Translations under genes and position numbers: made by a program
Source of the DNA: Gammaproteobacteria bacterium
Lineage (GTDB): Bacteria > Pseudomonadota > Gammaproteobacteria > Methylococcales > Methylomonadaceae
Direction of reading: 5' to 3'
DNA length: 64,000 nt
Assembly: GCA_024277935.1 (NCBI GenBank)
Contig: JAJRUF010000190.1
Span: 495 to 64,494 of the forward strand
In this document: one piece after another, positions 35,366 through 45,848 of the stretch
Layout: every line of letters begins with the position of its first letter
Numbering within the stretch: position 1 is the stretch's first letter
The notes under the pieces: model-generated
Seen by the model: only the letters and a program-made list of their open reading frames with translations
The model's database searches: none
What the model was told of the DNA's origin: nothing

Positions 35366-35686
35366 TCACTCAACATGGCTTAATTTAAGCCCAATAATAC
35401 CTATAATAACCAGGCTAATAGATGACAACCTAACCCAGTCCACAGACTCTTTAAAAAGAAATATACTTAAAATAGCCACACCAACAGCTCCCATACCTGT
35501 CCATATTGCATACGCAGTCCCTAATGGTAATGTTTTTATTGCTAGCATGAGTAAATAAAAACTAGTCCCACCTGAAACCATCGTAACCAAGCTTGGGTAT
35601 AATTTAGTAAAGCCCATATTGTATTTTAAACTTAATGCAAAAATAATTTCTGCCAGACCCGCTGAAAACAAAAACAACCACCCCAT
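35366..35686 (-). CDS. SMR-family small multidrug/guanidinium exporter (SugE/Gdx-like)
   Basis: Four TM helices, conserved Glu in AGLAE, LPLGTAYAIWTG motif. Confidence 0.88.
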   Translation of the reverse strand: MGWLFLFSAGLAEIIFALSLKYNMGFTKLYPSLVTMVSGGTSFYLLMLAIKTLPLGTAYAIWTGMGAVGVAILSIFLFKESVDWVRLSSISLVIIGIIGLKLSHVE

Positions 35687-35771
35687 TGACCTCTCCTACT
35701 TTCAGGTGCAAAAAAAAGCTATTTATTCTACAATAGATACCTATAAACTAATAATTAACATGACACTTTAA

Positions 35772-36512
35772 ATGACTGATATAGCAAAATACTTAGTAAG
35801 AAGTCAAAAACAGGTTCTCGCCTATTTAAATCTATTATCTACTGAAAGATGCTTGATTTCTGCCGCTTTTGGTCAAAGTGACAAAGATACTTTCCTAACG
35901 GCGATAATGGATATTGATGAAAAAAAGCAGACGCTTATCATTGATTGTGGGCCCAAAGAATATCTAAACAAAAGGTTACTGGACAGTGCAATTATAAAAT
36001 GCTCAACTGAATACAAAGGTATAAAAGTCCAGTTTGAGGGTAGAAAAGTAAAAAAAGCGGGCTCACCAGGCCAACCTGCTTTTTTAATCCCTATTCCTAG
36101 TTCAATCTACTGGGTGCAAAGAAGACAGTTTTACCGTATCAGGTCACCTTTATCTAAACAAAGCTATTGTGCAGTTTTATTTAAAGATGAAGCAACCGGT
36201 CAAGAAAAATCAGTCAAGCTCCCCCTTCATGACCTCAGTGCTAGTGGCGTTTGTTTTCTGAATCAATCAAAAAACCTAAAAGAACAACTAAAACCAGCAA
36301 CTCAATTTAGTAAGTGTAGCCTTGTTCTTCAAGATGAAGCACCTCTCTCAATTGACCTTGAAGTACGTCACACTACACCTCAGCAGTCTAATACACCTGG
36401 AAAAATTGAGCGTATTGGTTGCTATATTACCAATTCAACACCCCGAATTGAATCAACAATATTACGTTATATGCAAACAGTAGAACGGGAAATACAACAA
36501 ATGACAAAATAA
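35772..36512 (+). CDS. ycgR: Flagellar brake protein YcgR (PilZ c-di-GMP receptor)
   Basis: QRRQFYR (RxxxR) and DLSASG (DxSxxG) motifs after a YcgR-N region. Confidence 0.88.
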   Translation: MTDIAKYLVRSQKQVLAYLNLLSTERCLISAAFGQSDKDTFLTAIMDIDEKKQTLIIDCGPKEYLNKRLLDSAIIKCSTEYKGIKVQFEGRKVKKAGSPGQPAFLIPIPSSIYWVQRRQFYRIRSPLSKQSYCAVLFKDEATGQEKSVKLPLHDLSASGVCFLNQSKNLKEQLKPATQFSKCSLVLQDEAPLSIDLEVRHTTPQQSNTPGKIERIGCYITNSTPRIESTILRYMQTVEREIQQMTK

Positions 36513-36553
36513 ATAATATTTATATTTTTATAAACATGAAGTAAAAAAGAATT

Positions 36554-37894
36554 TTGATTAGCCAGAAAATTTACAGTGTTTCTGAACTTAATAAAGAAAC
36601 CAAAGACTTACTCTCAAACCATTTTTCTTTCATTCAAGTTGAAGGTGAAATTTCTAATTTAAGCCAACCCTCATCGGGACATATTTATTTTTCTTTGAAA
36701 GATAAAAAAGCACAGATCCGTTGCGCAATGTTCAAATCGCAATTACGCCGGCTGACTTTTACACCCAGCAATGGCAAACAGATCATTATCTCTGCTCAGG
36801 TTAGCTTGTATGAAGCCAGAGGCGACTATCAGTTAATTGCCGATAAAATGCAACAAGCCGGTGAAGGTGATTTACAACTTGCTTTTGAAAAACTCAAATC
36901 GAAATTATTTAATGAAGGCTTATTTGATCAAGATATTAAACAGTCTCTCCCTGTATTACCGAAGTGTATAGGCGTGATTACTTCTCCATCAGGAGCGGCT
37001 ATACATGATATTTTAAGCGTTCTAAACAGAAGATTCCCTGCCATCCCCGTTATTATTTATCCGACATCAGTACAAGGGGCCACCGCAAAAGTTGAAATTT
37101 GCTATGCCATTAAAACGGCCAATCAACACCAGCAGGTTGATATTATATTGCTCGCCAGAGGCGGAGGTTCACTAGAAGACCTTTGGTGCTTTAATGAAGA
37201 ATGTGTTGCTCGTGCCATCGTCAATAGTAAAACCCCCATTATTTCAGGGATAGGTCACGAAGTTGATTTTACCATTGCTGATTTTGTTGCCGACCTACGC
37301 GCCCCGACACCATCGGCAGCTGCAGAAAATGCAGTCCCCAACCAACAATCCTGGATCAATAATTTTCATGTCCTTGAACAACAATTAAAAAATCTAGTTA
37401 GCCACCAGTTAAATCAACATCAACAATCCATTAATTGGCTACATAAAAGGCTAAAACAGCAACACCCAGGTCAGCAATACCAAAGGCTTGCTCAAACACT
37501 GGATAATTTAGAAGCGAGATTACAGCGTATTATTCAGTCTCGAATAAAGCAAGAGACTCATATATTAGCTAAACAAAACTTTTTATTACAAAGGCATAAC
37601 CCTAAAAATAGAATAGAGCGCTACCAGCAACAGCTCAACTATTTAACTAACAGGTTCAATCATGCCATAGAGAGTAAACTCGAAAAACTTAAAAGAAAAC
37701 AAGCTTCACTTATTCATACACTTAATGCAATAAGCCCTTTAGCCACTTTAGAAAGAGGCTATTCAATTACCAGCTTAACTCAATCTAATTGCATTATTAG
37801 CAGGAGTGAGCAGCTGTCAATTGACGATACAATTAAAACGCGTTTCGCCCAGGGTTCAATTATTAGCCAAATAAAACAAATTAATCATGACTAA
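36554..37894 (+). CDS. xseA: Exodeoxyribonuclease VII large subunit
   Basis: EGEISN, SGHIYFSLKD, RGGGSLEDL, GHEVD and TPSAAA motifs. Confidence 0.97.
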   Translation: MISQKIYSVSELNKETKDLLSNHFSFIQVEGEISNLSQPSSGHIYFSLKDKKAQIRCAMFKSQLRRLTFTPSNGKQIIISAQVSLYEARGDYQLIADKMQQAGEGDLQLAFEKLKSKLFNEGLFDQDIKQSLPVLPKCIGVITSPSGAAIHDILSVLNRRFPAIPVIIYPTSVQGATAKVEICYAIKTANQHQQVDIILLARGGGSLEDLWCFNEECVARAIVNSKTPIISGIGHEVDFTIADFVADLRAPTPSAAAENAVPNQQSWINNFHVLEQQLKNLVSHQLNQHQQSINWLHKRLKQQHPGQQYQRLAQTLDNLEARLQRIIQSRIKQETHILAKQNFLLQRHNPKNRIERYQQQLNYLTNRFNHAIESKLEKLKRKQASLIHTLNAISPLATLERGYSITSLTQSNCIISRSEQLSIDDTIKTRFAQGSIISQIKQINHD

Positions 37895-38735
37895 GTACAT
37901 TTTTCTGCTTTTTATATTTTATTCTAGCTTTATCTGGGCAAACAAGTTGCCGGAACAATTAGCTGTACCAGGTGGCATTAATAAAATCATGCTACCAGAA
38001 ATGAGTCAAGTAGCGCCTAAAGCCTTTTTTAATAATAATCGAGTGGCCATTATTAAAGAAAAGACTCATTGGATAGCCTTAGTAGGTATACCTCTGTCAA
38101 GCAAGCCAGGAAAACAAAAAATAACCGTTAATACACTACATCATAGCTACCAATTAAGCTTCAACATTGCCGATAAAGACTACCCTGCTCAACACCTTAC
38201 CATTAAAAAAAAGCGCATGGTAACAGGTTTTACTAAAGCTGATTTAAAAAAAATAGCCATCGATAAAAAGGCAATGAACAAAGCAAAGTCAACATGGACT
38301 GAACAGGCCGTAGATACCAACTTTACAGCCCCAGTCGATGGCCGACTCAGTAGCTTGTTTGGTTTAAAACGATTTTTTAATAATATTCCTAAAAAACCGC
38401 ACAACGGTTTAGATATCGCTGCAAAAACAGGCACAGCCATTATTGCTCCAGCATCGGCTAAAGTCATTGATACTGGAAATTACTACTTTAATGGTAATAC
38501 TGTCTTTTTAGATCATGGCCAAGGCTTATTAACGGCCTATTTGCATATGCACAAAATTAATGTCAAACCAGGACAACTTGTTAAGCAAGGAGATTTGTTA
38601 GGCACTGTGGGAGAAACTGGTCGCGTAACAGGCCCTCATTTACACTGGATTGTGTATTTAAACAAAACTCCAGTCGACCCTGCCTTATTTATTTCAAGTG
38701 ATATTGTTCGACTCGATGCTAGAAATAAAAAATAA
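37887..38735 (+). CDS. M23-family metallopeptidase
   Basis: HNGLD and HLH zinc motifs; signal peptide. Confidence 0.93.
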   Translation: MTKYIFLLFIFYSSFIWANKLPEQLAVPGGINKIMLPEMSQVAPKAFFNNNRVAIIKEKTHWIALVGIPLSSKPGKQKITVNTLHHSYQLSFNIADKDYPAQHLTIKKKRMVTGFTKADLKKIAIDKKAMNKAKSTWTEQAVDTNFTAPVDGRLSSLFGLKRFFNNIPKKPHNGLDIAAKTGTAIIAPASAKVIDTGNYYFNGNTVFLDHGQGLLTAYLHMHKINVKPGQLVKQGDLLGTVGETGRVTGPHLHWIVYLNKTPVDPALFISSDIVRLDARNKK

Positions 38736-38814
38736 TCGCTAAAAATTAGGCATCTTTCATTTTAACCCTAAAGTAGTTTACACATTTTTAATGTGAAAAA
38801 ATAAGCACATCATT

Positions 38815-38888
38815 GTAGGATGTGCTGAGGAACGAAGCGCATTAGCTAAACTTCGTTTGATGCGCCTCCTAACGTCGGCACATCCTAC
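38815..38888. repeat. GTAG-type REP doublet, same family as 31532, nested in a larger inverted repeat (~38749-38925)
   Basis: GTAGGATGTGCTGAGGAACGAAGCGCAT...GATGCGCCTCCTAACGTCGGCACATCCTAC, flanked by GGCATCTT/AAGATGCC. Confidence 0.8.
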
Positions 38889-38989
38889 AGAAACATCAAT
38901 ACAAAAATGTAAACGGGAAGATGCCAAAAATTAATCGCTTAATCCAACTTTTTGAATGATGTATGGGTTACTTTAGCCCAGCTATTAGC

Positions 38990-40966
38990 CTACCCATCCA
39001 CCACCACGCAGTTACGCCCTTGGTGTTTAGCTTTATACATTGCCGCATCAGCCGCCTCAATTATTTGATTATAACTACTAAATTTTGGGCTATAAAGGCT
39101 AACACCTATACTAATAGTTAAAGCATGTCCTTTAAAACGCTGTTTAAGAATTTCACCTTTACGCTCAATTTCCAAGCGAATACGTTCTGCGTAGCATTGT
39201 GCGCCTTTTAATGTTGTATTCCGTAATACAAAAACGAACTCTTCCCCCCCGTAACGGCCAATAAAGTCACTTGGCCTAGTGAGTGTCTGCATAATTTGTG
39301 CAACAATTTTAAGCGCATCATCCCCAGCCTCATGACCACAACTATCATTAAACCGCTTAAAAAAATCTATATCAATAAACCCAACAGCCACACGGCTTAA
39401 TTGTTCTTTATTTTCTTGAAAGGTTGCCGTTAAATATTCGATAACCATTCGTTTATTAAGTAAACCCGTCAAGGCATCCACTTCAGCCCTTTTTTTCTCC
39501 AACTGGAATCGTTTAGCATTATTTAACGCAACACCTAACTCATGAATAATCGGTGTAATTTGAACAATATTATTTGAACCAAAAGGTGATTTGCTCTTTT
39601 CATTATCTATATAAAGCAAAGCAATTAATCGATTTTGACTTAATACAGGAACAAGAAGAAATTCGTCTACCTGAAAACCCTCAACAATATTCATATCACC
39701 CTCATTAATAACAATAGCCTTTCGATCTCTCAAACTATTCAAAATAGATTTAGATAAGGATTCAATTTTAATGGACTGGTTTTGAAGAATAGTATGACAC
39801 AATGCTTCAGGCCAACTATAAGTAGCAACCAAACTACGCAACTTTGCTTTAACTTCAAAAAAAATAATTCTCTCAAATTTAAAATCAGCCTGGATAGCCG
39901 CTAAAGTCCAAGGGACTATTTTATTCGGCTCAAGGCTTTTATGAGGAGCCGTTAAACTAGAAAAAACACCATTATTTAACGAATTAACAGCATGACTAGG
40001 TACTCTTTTACAATGACTTAATAATAAAGCTGTTTCAATGAGTGTTGCCCGTAATTTATTAAGATCAGGAAACTGGATACCATAAAATTCACGCGTATGT
40101 TGCATTTCTTTATCAACACGGCTTAATAAATGCTCAAGATCTAAACCCGCGATATCAAGATAATTAGAAACCTCAGCATGTAGTTCTGGAGCATTGTTTA
40201 CTTTTGTAGACCCAATACCTTGCATCCAGGCAATATAATTAGCAAAACTTACAATAGCGATATCGGGTTTATATTGGGCAAGAAAACCACCCTCTTTAGG
40301 AAGGTCATGATGGCAATAAACAATAGCCGCAATCTGCTCAGGAATATCCCACTGTTGGCAAAATACATAGCCCATTTCAGCATGATTTAAACCAAAAAAA
40401 TCATGCTCCCCATTAAGCAACGACTGCTCATCCCCCTTACAAGCTAACAAAAAATCGCTATAACTGACTTTGCCATGATTTTCAAACACAATTTTACCAA
40501 TATCATGCATTAACCCCGCACAATAAATAAGATCAGGATCAGGGTGTTTTAACGCATTGGCTATAGCACGACTCAGCGAAGCAACAAACAAACAGTGCTG
40601 CCAATAAAAAAGCTGGTCAAATTCATCTTTAGACCTAGATTGAATTAGTTTATTATAAAACAACTGATTTAAAGCCAATTGCCGAACCGAAGAAAAACCC
40701 AAAATATTAACGGCTCGCTTAATAGAAGTCACTTTATGAGATAAAGCAAAAGCAGCAGAATTAACATTACGTAACACTTTTGCAGCTAACGTTGGTTCAG
40801 TTTCAATTAATAGCGATAAATCACCCACATTAGTTCGCTCATCACTTGTCAAACGAAGCAATTTAAGAGCAACCACAGGAATAACCTGAAGTTTATCAAC
40901 TTTATGCTTTAATATTGAATTAGCCGCTTGGTTAATGGCTAAAAAATGATTAGCGTTATTGGTCAT
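38990..40966 (-). CDS. HDOD + GAF-like + GGDEF diguanylate cyclase
   Basis: N-terminal HDOD (GLMHDIGK); DIDFFKRFND, I-site RPSD and GGEEF. Confidence 0.9.
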   Translation of the reverse strand: MTNNANHFLAINQAANSILKHKVDKLQVIPVVALKLLRLTSDERTNVGDLSLLIETEPTLAAKVLRNVNSAAFALSHKVTSIKRAVNILGFSSVRQLALNQLFYNKLIQSRSKDEFDQLFYWQHCLFVASLSRAIANALKHPDPDLIYCAGLMHDIGKIVFENHGKVSYSDFLLACKGDEQSLLNGEHDFFGLNHAEMGYVFCQQWDIPEQIAAIVYCHHDLPKEGGFLAQYKPDIAIVSFANYIAWMQGIGSTKVNNAPELHAEVSNYLDIAGLDLEHLLSRVDKEMQHTREFYGIQFPDLNKLRATLIETALLLSHCKRVPSHAVNSLNNGVFSSLTAPHKSLEPNKIVPWTLAAIQADFKFERIIFFEVKAKLRSLVATYSWPEALCHTILQNQSIKIESLSKSILNSLRDRKAIVINEGDMNIVEGFQVDEFLLVPVLSQNRLIALLYIDNEKSKSPFGSNNIVQITPIIHELGVALNNAKRFQLEKKRAEVDALTGLLNKRMVIEYLTATFQENKEQLSRVAVGFIDIDFFKRFNDSCGHEAGDDALKIVAQIMQTLTRPSDFIGRYGGEEFVFVLRNTTLKGAQCYAERIRLEIERKGEILKQRFKGHALTISIGVSLYSPKFSSYNQIIEAADAAMYKAKHQGRNCVVVDG

Positions 40967-41146
40967 AAAGAGGCTTAAAAAGTATGGATATATTAAAGTT
41001 TAACAGTAATTTTAATAATACTGCTAACAATTAACCTTATATTCCTACAATCTATGCCAAAAAAACGAGAACTAAAGCTTAATTTCTATCTATGCTTGTA
41101 AAAATGATAATAATTGATGCAGAACTATACTCTACGCGGACATATT

Positions 41147-41377
41147 TTAAGGAAGTTTGATGGAATAAAGTAGTAGGATACGCATTGTGTACCTTTCGTT
41201 CAGTCAGGTATGCGATGCATACCCTACACAATGGTTGTCATGTGTTGAATGAGCAGTCTAATTCTGGATAATTAACTTTTTCCATCGCCCTTACATAAGG
41301 GGGTCTGAAGAAATAAAGTTACTCATCTCACTTGCCTTTTTGCAATATGGATAACTTTATTCCATCAACCCCCCTAA
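41147..41377. mobile_element. Two tandem MITE-like elements, the first carrying a REP doublet
   Basis: Ends TTGATGGAATAAAGT/ACTTTTTCCATCG and GGGTCTGAAGAAATAAAGTT/AACTTTATTCCATCAACCCC; internal GTAGGATACGCAT...ATGCATACCCTAC; a related end recurs at ~52406-52430. Confidence 0.6.
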
Positions 41378-41437
41378 GGCAGGAAACACTAATTTGTACA
41401 ATGCACTCTGTACCTCAGCAATATTTTTGGGCCTTAT

Positions 41438-43831
41438 TTAGTTTTTAGTTAAGCCTTCTAATTTAGTTTTCGCAACCTCTACACCATTAAATGTTGCACC
41501 ACCCTCAATGGCCTTTTCTAACTCTAGTTTGGCTTCTTCAACCCGACCTTTATCAAGATAAACCATTCCCAAATGATAATGCATTTCCGGCACAACACCT
41601 TTCTGTTTAATCACTGATTCTAAAGCAGCCAGTGCTATATCAGCATGACCTTTCTTATAATTAACCCAGCCATAAGTATCCAAGAAAGCAGCATATTTAG
41701 AATCTTTTAACGGTTCAATTAAACTATATGCCTCATCAACTCCCTTATCAGCAGGTTTTTCTATTAATAGAGAAGCTAGGTTATTAACAGCTAACAAATT
41801 ATCAGGAACAAGCAGTAATAATTTTCTATATGCATCAATAGCCTTGTCAATGTCGCCTTTAACTGTATTTAAAATCCCCTCCTGCATTAGAAAATACTTA
41901 CTGTCAGGGATTTGTTTTAAACCTTGCTGAAAGACATCAATTACTTTATTTATCTGTTTTTGAATAATATAAATTGAAGCTAAATTTTTATATCCCACTT
42001 CTACCTTTGGCTTTAATTCTATGACCTTTTTAAACAGAGTCTCAGCTTTAGACAGCTGTTTCATTTGCCTATATAACTCTGCTCGCATAGTCAGTATAGT
42101 TGGGTTGTCTTTGTTCTCAGATAATAGTCCATCTAATAAATTTTCCGCCTTTTTTTCCTGCTTTGAAGCGACATAACTATTAACTAAACCCGCAATCGCA
42201 TCTACTGCTTTTGGTTTAGTCTCCCGTACTTTTTCAAATTCAACAATGGCCTGCTTAAATTTTTGTTGTGCCATATATAGTTGGGCTAATTTATAATGGG
42301 CTATTTCCTTATTCTCAGACTGTTGCAAAAGTTCTTTTGCAATTGTTTCAGCTTTATCCCACTTTTTTTGTTTGCCATACAAATCAATTAACATAAGCGA
42401 AACTTGCTGATCTTTCTTTAATATAGGTCGAGATTTTTCCAGTAACTCAATCGCCCCCACTTCATCTTTTGTTTGCAGTTTTACCCTAGCCAGATCTTTT
42501 GTTGCAACCGCATTTTTTGGATTAATACTCACTATTTTTTCTAATGTTTCTTTTGCCAGCTCTATATTTTTATCTTGTAGCTGAGTTACCGCCTGAATCA
42601 TTAATGCTTTTTCAGATTCAGGGTTATCTCTTAAAATTGTGCGTGCATCCGCAAGAGCTGCATCAAATTTTTTATCCTTTAATAACATTCCAGCTCTAAG
42701 TAATAGAGCTTTTTCGTTTCTAGAATCTAGCTCCAAAATTTCTTCGACTAATGCCCTTGCTTTATCAGGCTTGCCTTTTGCGTTAAAATACCCTGCCAGC
42801 CTATTTCGAGCATCAATGCCTGCCGCACCTAATTTATCGTCTTCTACAATTGCCTCAAGAATTTTCTGACTTTTCTCAGGCTGGCCTTTATATAAGGCAA
42901 GTTTGGCAAACCTAAAACCAAAGTTATCTGGGTTCTTAGCAATTAAACTATCTAATTCTTTTTCAGCCAGCTCCACTCCACGTTGACGTGTTAAAAAATC
43001 AATTAAAACAAATTTTGGCTTATCTTCTTCAGGCAACTGTGTAACCAGTTTCTTCAGCACACCTTCAGCCAAATCAATTTTATCTCTTGCTATATAAAGC
43101 TTCGCTAAATTGTAATAAAGCCCTTCATTTTCAGGAAACCTTGGCAATAAAGAGACATACAAGGCTTCTGCTTCATCTTTCTTACCTTCAAACAACAAAA
43201 AATTAATCTTGACTAATTCTAATTGCAATTTATCTGGATGAGCTTTTAAAGCACTCTCTAAAACCTGTTTTGCCTCAGTAATATTTTTTTCATCACCCAA
43301 TATTTTTATCATCAATAAAGAGGAATCATAATGTCCTGGCTCAGCAATTAACGCCTGATTTAACAGCTCTTTTGCAGCATCAATATCCTTATTTGCCAAA
43401 GCAATAGTCGCTTTTAATGCTAAGCCATCAGCATTATTAGGCTGACTAGCCAAAACCAGTTCAGCTTTTTCAGATGCCTTAGTTATATCTTTACTAAATA
43501 ACATTAACTTACCCAGCTTTATCTGAGCATCATAATGATCAGGCTTAGCCTCAACAACTGCCAGCAAATTACCATACATTTTGCGCCAATCCTGATTTTT
43601 TTCGGCAGCTAAAGCAGTTAAGTAACGAGCATCTATATTTTTTGGATTAATTTGCAAGACATTCTTAAGTTCAACTCGCATCTTGTCATAGTTACCCTCT
43701 TCATAATATCCTTGGGCTTTTTTTAGATATTTTGCCTCTCGTTCGGCGGCACCATCACAGCCAAGTAAAAAAACAAAACTAATTAACAAATAGAATGCTA
43801 ACGATTTATTACCTAACATTTTCTTCCTCAT
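41438..43831 (-). CDS. Long TPR-repeat lipoprotein (PrsT-like, exosortase-system associated)
   Basis: Lipobox LLGC, many TPR repeats, NNLA..DTYGW motif; downstream of the exosortase. Confidence 0.85.
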   Translation of the reverse strand: MRKKMLGNKSLAFYLLISFVFLLGCDGAAEREAKYLKKAQGYYEEGNYDKMRVELKNVLQINPKNIDARYLTALAAEKNQDWRKMYGNLLAVVEAKPDHYDAQIKLGKLMLFSKDITKASEKAELVLASQPNNADGLALKATIALANKDIDAAKELLNQALIAEPGHYDSSLLMIKILGDEKNITEAKQVLESALKAHPDKLQLELVKINFLLFEGKKDEAEALYVSLLPRFPENEGLYYNLAKLYIARDKIDLAEGVLKKLVTQLPEEDKPKFVLIDFLTRQRGVELAEKELDSLIAKNPDNFGFRFAKLALYKGQPEKSQKILEAIVEDDKLGAAGIDARNRLAGYFNAKGKPDKARALVEEILELDSRNEKALLLRAGMLLKDKKFDAALADARTILRDNPESEKALMIQAVTQLQDKNIELAKETLEKIVSINPKNAVATKDLARVKLQTKDEVGAIELLEKSRPILKKDQQVSLMLIDLYGKQKKWDKAETIAKELLQQSENKEIAHYKLAQLYMAQQKFKQAIVEFEKVRETKPKAVDAIAGLVNSYVASKQEKKAENLLDGLLSENKDNPTILTMRAELYRQMKQLSKAETLFKKVIELKPKVEVGYKNLASIYIIQKQINKVIDVFQQGLKQIPDSKYFLMQEGILNTVKGDIDKAIDAYRKLLLLVPDNLLAVNNLASLLIEKPADKGVDEAYSLIEPLKDSKYAAFLDTYGWVNYKKGHADIALAALESVIKQKGVVPEMHYHLGMVYLDKGRVEEAKLELEKAIEGGATFNGVEVAKTKLEGLTKN

Positions 43832-43893
43832 TTATACGATTTCCTAAACTATTAATTTTGATTGTTTACTACTATTTAAAACCTATTGATTAT

Positions 43894-45507
43894 TTATAAA
43901 TAGGTAGATAAAACAATGGTTACAATAACCACCCCAGACAACATAGAAGAATACCGAGTTAAACCAAATTTAGAATAATCTTGGTGTAATAAATATTCTA
44001 ATGCATAAACCAAACAAAATAATCTAAAAGCAACATGCTCAACCCACTCTATATCAGCCAGAAAGAATCCAGCCATTATAAATAACAGGACTAAAACATC
44101 TTGTGTCGTCACCCTAAACTTATCTTTTCGGGTAATTCGAATAGCAACCGATACCACGATAATGAGTAACAACAAAAAAGCATTCATTACCCATTGGTTA
44201 TAAGCACTTAACTCAGGTAATTCATTACTCATTACATTTGCCACTATTGCAGCAATATAAATGCTAAATCGAATCCAGATATCCTGATTTTTTTTGCTAG
44301 AAATAAAAAATAAAATAATGGCTAAAGCCATCCCTAAATACATTTTATAGGAAAGCTGCGCAATTTTATCTGCCAAATAAAATAATTGTATGACTAAAAA
44401 AGTTGTTATTGCATAATTAATATAATATCGGCAAAACTGAAACACCCAATCATTTCTGAGTAGATGGTTTCTTCGGCGGTCACCACCCTCAATAACATGA
44501 TGTAATGTCCACTTTGTTTTCCCAGCCCAATAAAATAGCAATAAAATAGTCGCTGAAATAATTAAATAGGTCCCGATAACAACAATGTCGGATGCATAAC
44601 GAAAACGCAGTGCCGATGCTAAAAAAACACCTTGTAATAAATAAATGCTTCCTACAGCTTCTGCATGTGAAAACCCATACTCCATCAAGCGATGATGAAT
44701 ATGAGTCTTATCGGGAGAAAAGGGCGACCTTCCAGCTCGAACCCTACGCACCATAACCGTTAATGTATCTAAAATAGGTAGCCCTAACAATAAAAGTGGA
44801 AGTGCAGGGTTTAAAGCTGGGTTTACATCCTGGGTCAAATAAATACAAAGAAAGACAGCCATAAAACCAATAAACTGGCTTCCGGCATCACCCATAAAAA
44901 TAATAGCTGGATGCGTATTAAACCATAAAAACCCAACGATTCCACCTGCTACAGCTAGAGCAACCACGGCAGTATCAAACCCATTTGCATCAACGGCTAA
45001 ATATGCAATTGCTGCAAATGTTAGTAACATTATTCCGGCCGCTAGCCCATCCAAACCATCAGATAAATTAACGGCATTTGTTACGCCAATAGCAAAAATA
45101 ACCGTTAAGGGCAGGGAAATAAATAAAAAAACAGGCTCTAATCCTAAAAAAGGGACAATACTTATATATATCCCCCCAAACATCGCCACAATTACCGCCA
45201 ACAACTGACCTAAAAACTTCCATTTATAACTTAATTCAAAACGGTCATCCAGCAAGCCAAATACAATAATAAGCAAACTAGCCCCCAGAAAACTGACTAA
45301 TTTTTCTTCAAAATCAATAAAACACAAAGTTGCAATAATCGCACCTAATGCCAAACCTAAGCCCCCACACCTAGGAATTGCAATAGTATGTATTTTTCGT
45401 TCTCCCGGCTGATCAAGCATATTTAAAAAATCAGCATGCTTCATAAATAACGGTATAAGAATAAGGCTGATAATAATTGAAAGTGCAAAGGAGAAAAATA
45501 AAATCAT
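43894..45507 (-). CDS. MraY/WecA-family polyprenyl-phosphate sugar-1-phosphate transferase with an extra C-terminal membrane domain
   Basis: GLLDDR, NAVNLSDGLDGL, FMGDAGS and DKTHIHH motifs; 537 aa. Confidence 0.88.
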   Translation of the reverse strand: MILFFSFALSIIISLILIPLFMKHADFLNMLDQPGERKIHTIAIPRCGGLGLALGAIIATLCFIDFEEKLVSFLGASLLIIVFGLLDDRFELSYKWKFLGQLLAVIVAMFGGIYISIVPFLGLEPVFLFISLPLTVIFAIGVTNAVNLSDGLDGLAAGIMLLTFAAIAYLAVDANGFDTAVVALAVAGGIVGFLWFNTHPAIIFMGDAGSQFIGFMAVFLCIYLTQDVNPALNPALPLLLLGLPILDTLTVMVRRVRAGRSPFSPDKTHIHHRLMEYGFSHAEAVGSIYLLQGVFLASALRFRYASDIVVIGTYLIISATILLLFYWAGKTKWTLHHVIEGGDRRRNHLLRNDWVFQFCRYYINYAITTFLVIQLFYLADKIAQLSYKMYLGMALAIILFFISSKKNQDIWIRFSIYIAAIVANVMSNELPELSAYNQWVMNAFLLLLIIVVSVAIRITRKDKFRVTTQDVLVLLFIMAGFFLADIEWVEHVAFRLFCLVYALEYLLHQDYSKFGLTRYSSMLSGVVIVTIVLSTYL

Positions 45508-45594
45508 TAGTGTCTATATTTCACTTAAGGGCAATTTAATAATTTTATACATAAAAACTTGCTGCTGATTAGCTGGTAACAATAAAAAGTGCTG

Positions 45595-45791
45595 TAGAGC
45601 GGACTTCAGTCCGCTTCATTTATCAGCAATAAATAGCTAACAATATTTATTCTAACATTTTGAAGTGAGGCTTTAGCCTCGTACGAACTAGGCGAGGCAA
45701 AAGCCTCACTTCCAAAGTTTATTGATTCCAAATGTTAAAATAATTTTGCTCCCCTACTTACGTCTTTAAGGCGGACTAAAGTCCGCCCTAC
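45595..45791. repeat. Nested REP composite
   Basis: Outer GTAGAGCGGACTTCAGTCCGC...GCGGACTAAAGTCCGCCCTAC; inner GAAGTGAGGCTTTAGCCTCG...CGAGGCAAAAGCCTCACTTC. Confidence 0.75.
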
Positions 45792-45848
45792 AATAATCTA
45801 AGTGATGTAACTAAACTGGAATAATAACAGAAAAATTAAAATGTATTA

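Noticed and set aside
35687..35771. Guanidine riboswitch upstream of the SugE/Gdx-like gene
   Set aside because: The 85-bp AT-rich gap has no ACGR twin hairpins or other ykkC-type features.
38990..39500. The GGDEF protein as a cGAMP synthase (Hypr) for the A20 riboswitch
   Set aside because: It keeps the canonical Asp in NDSCGHEAGD, where Hypr enzymes have Ser/Thr, so it is predicted to be an ordinary c-di-GMP synthase.
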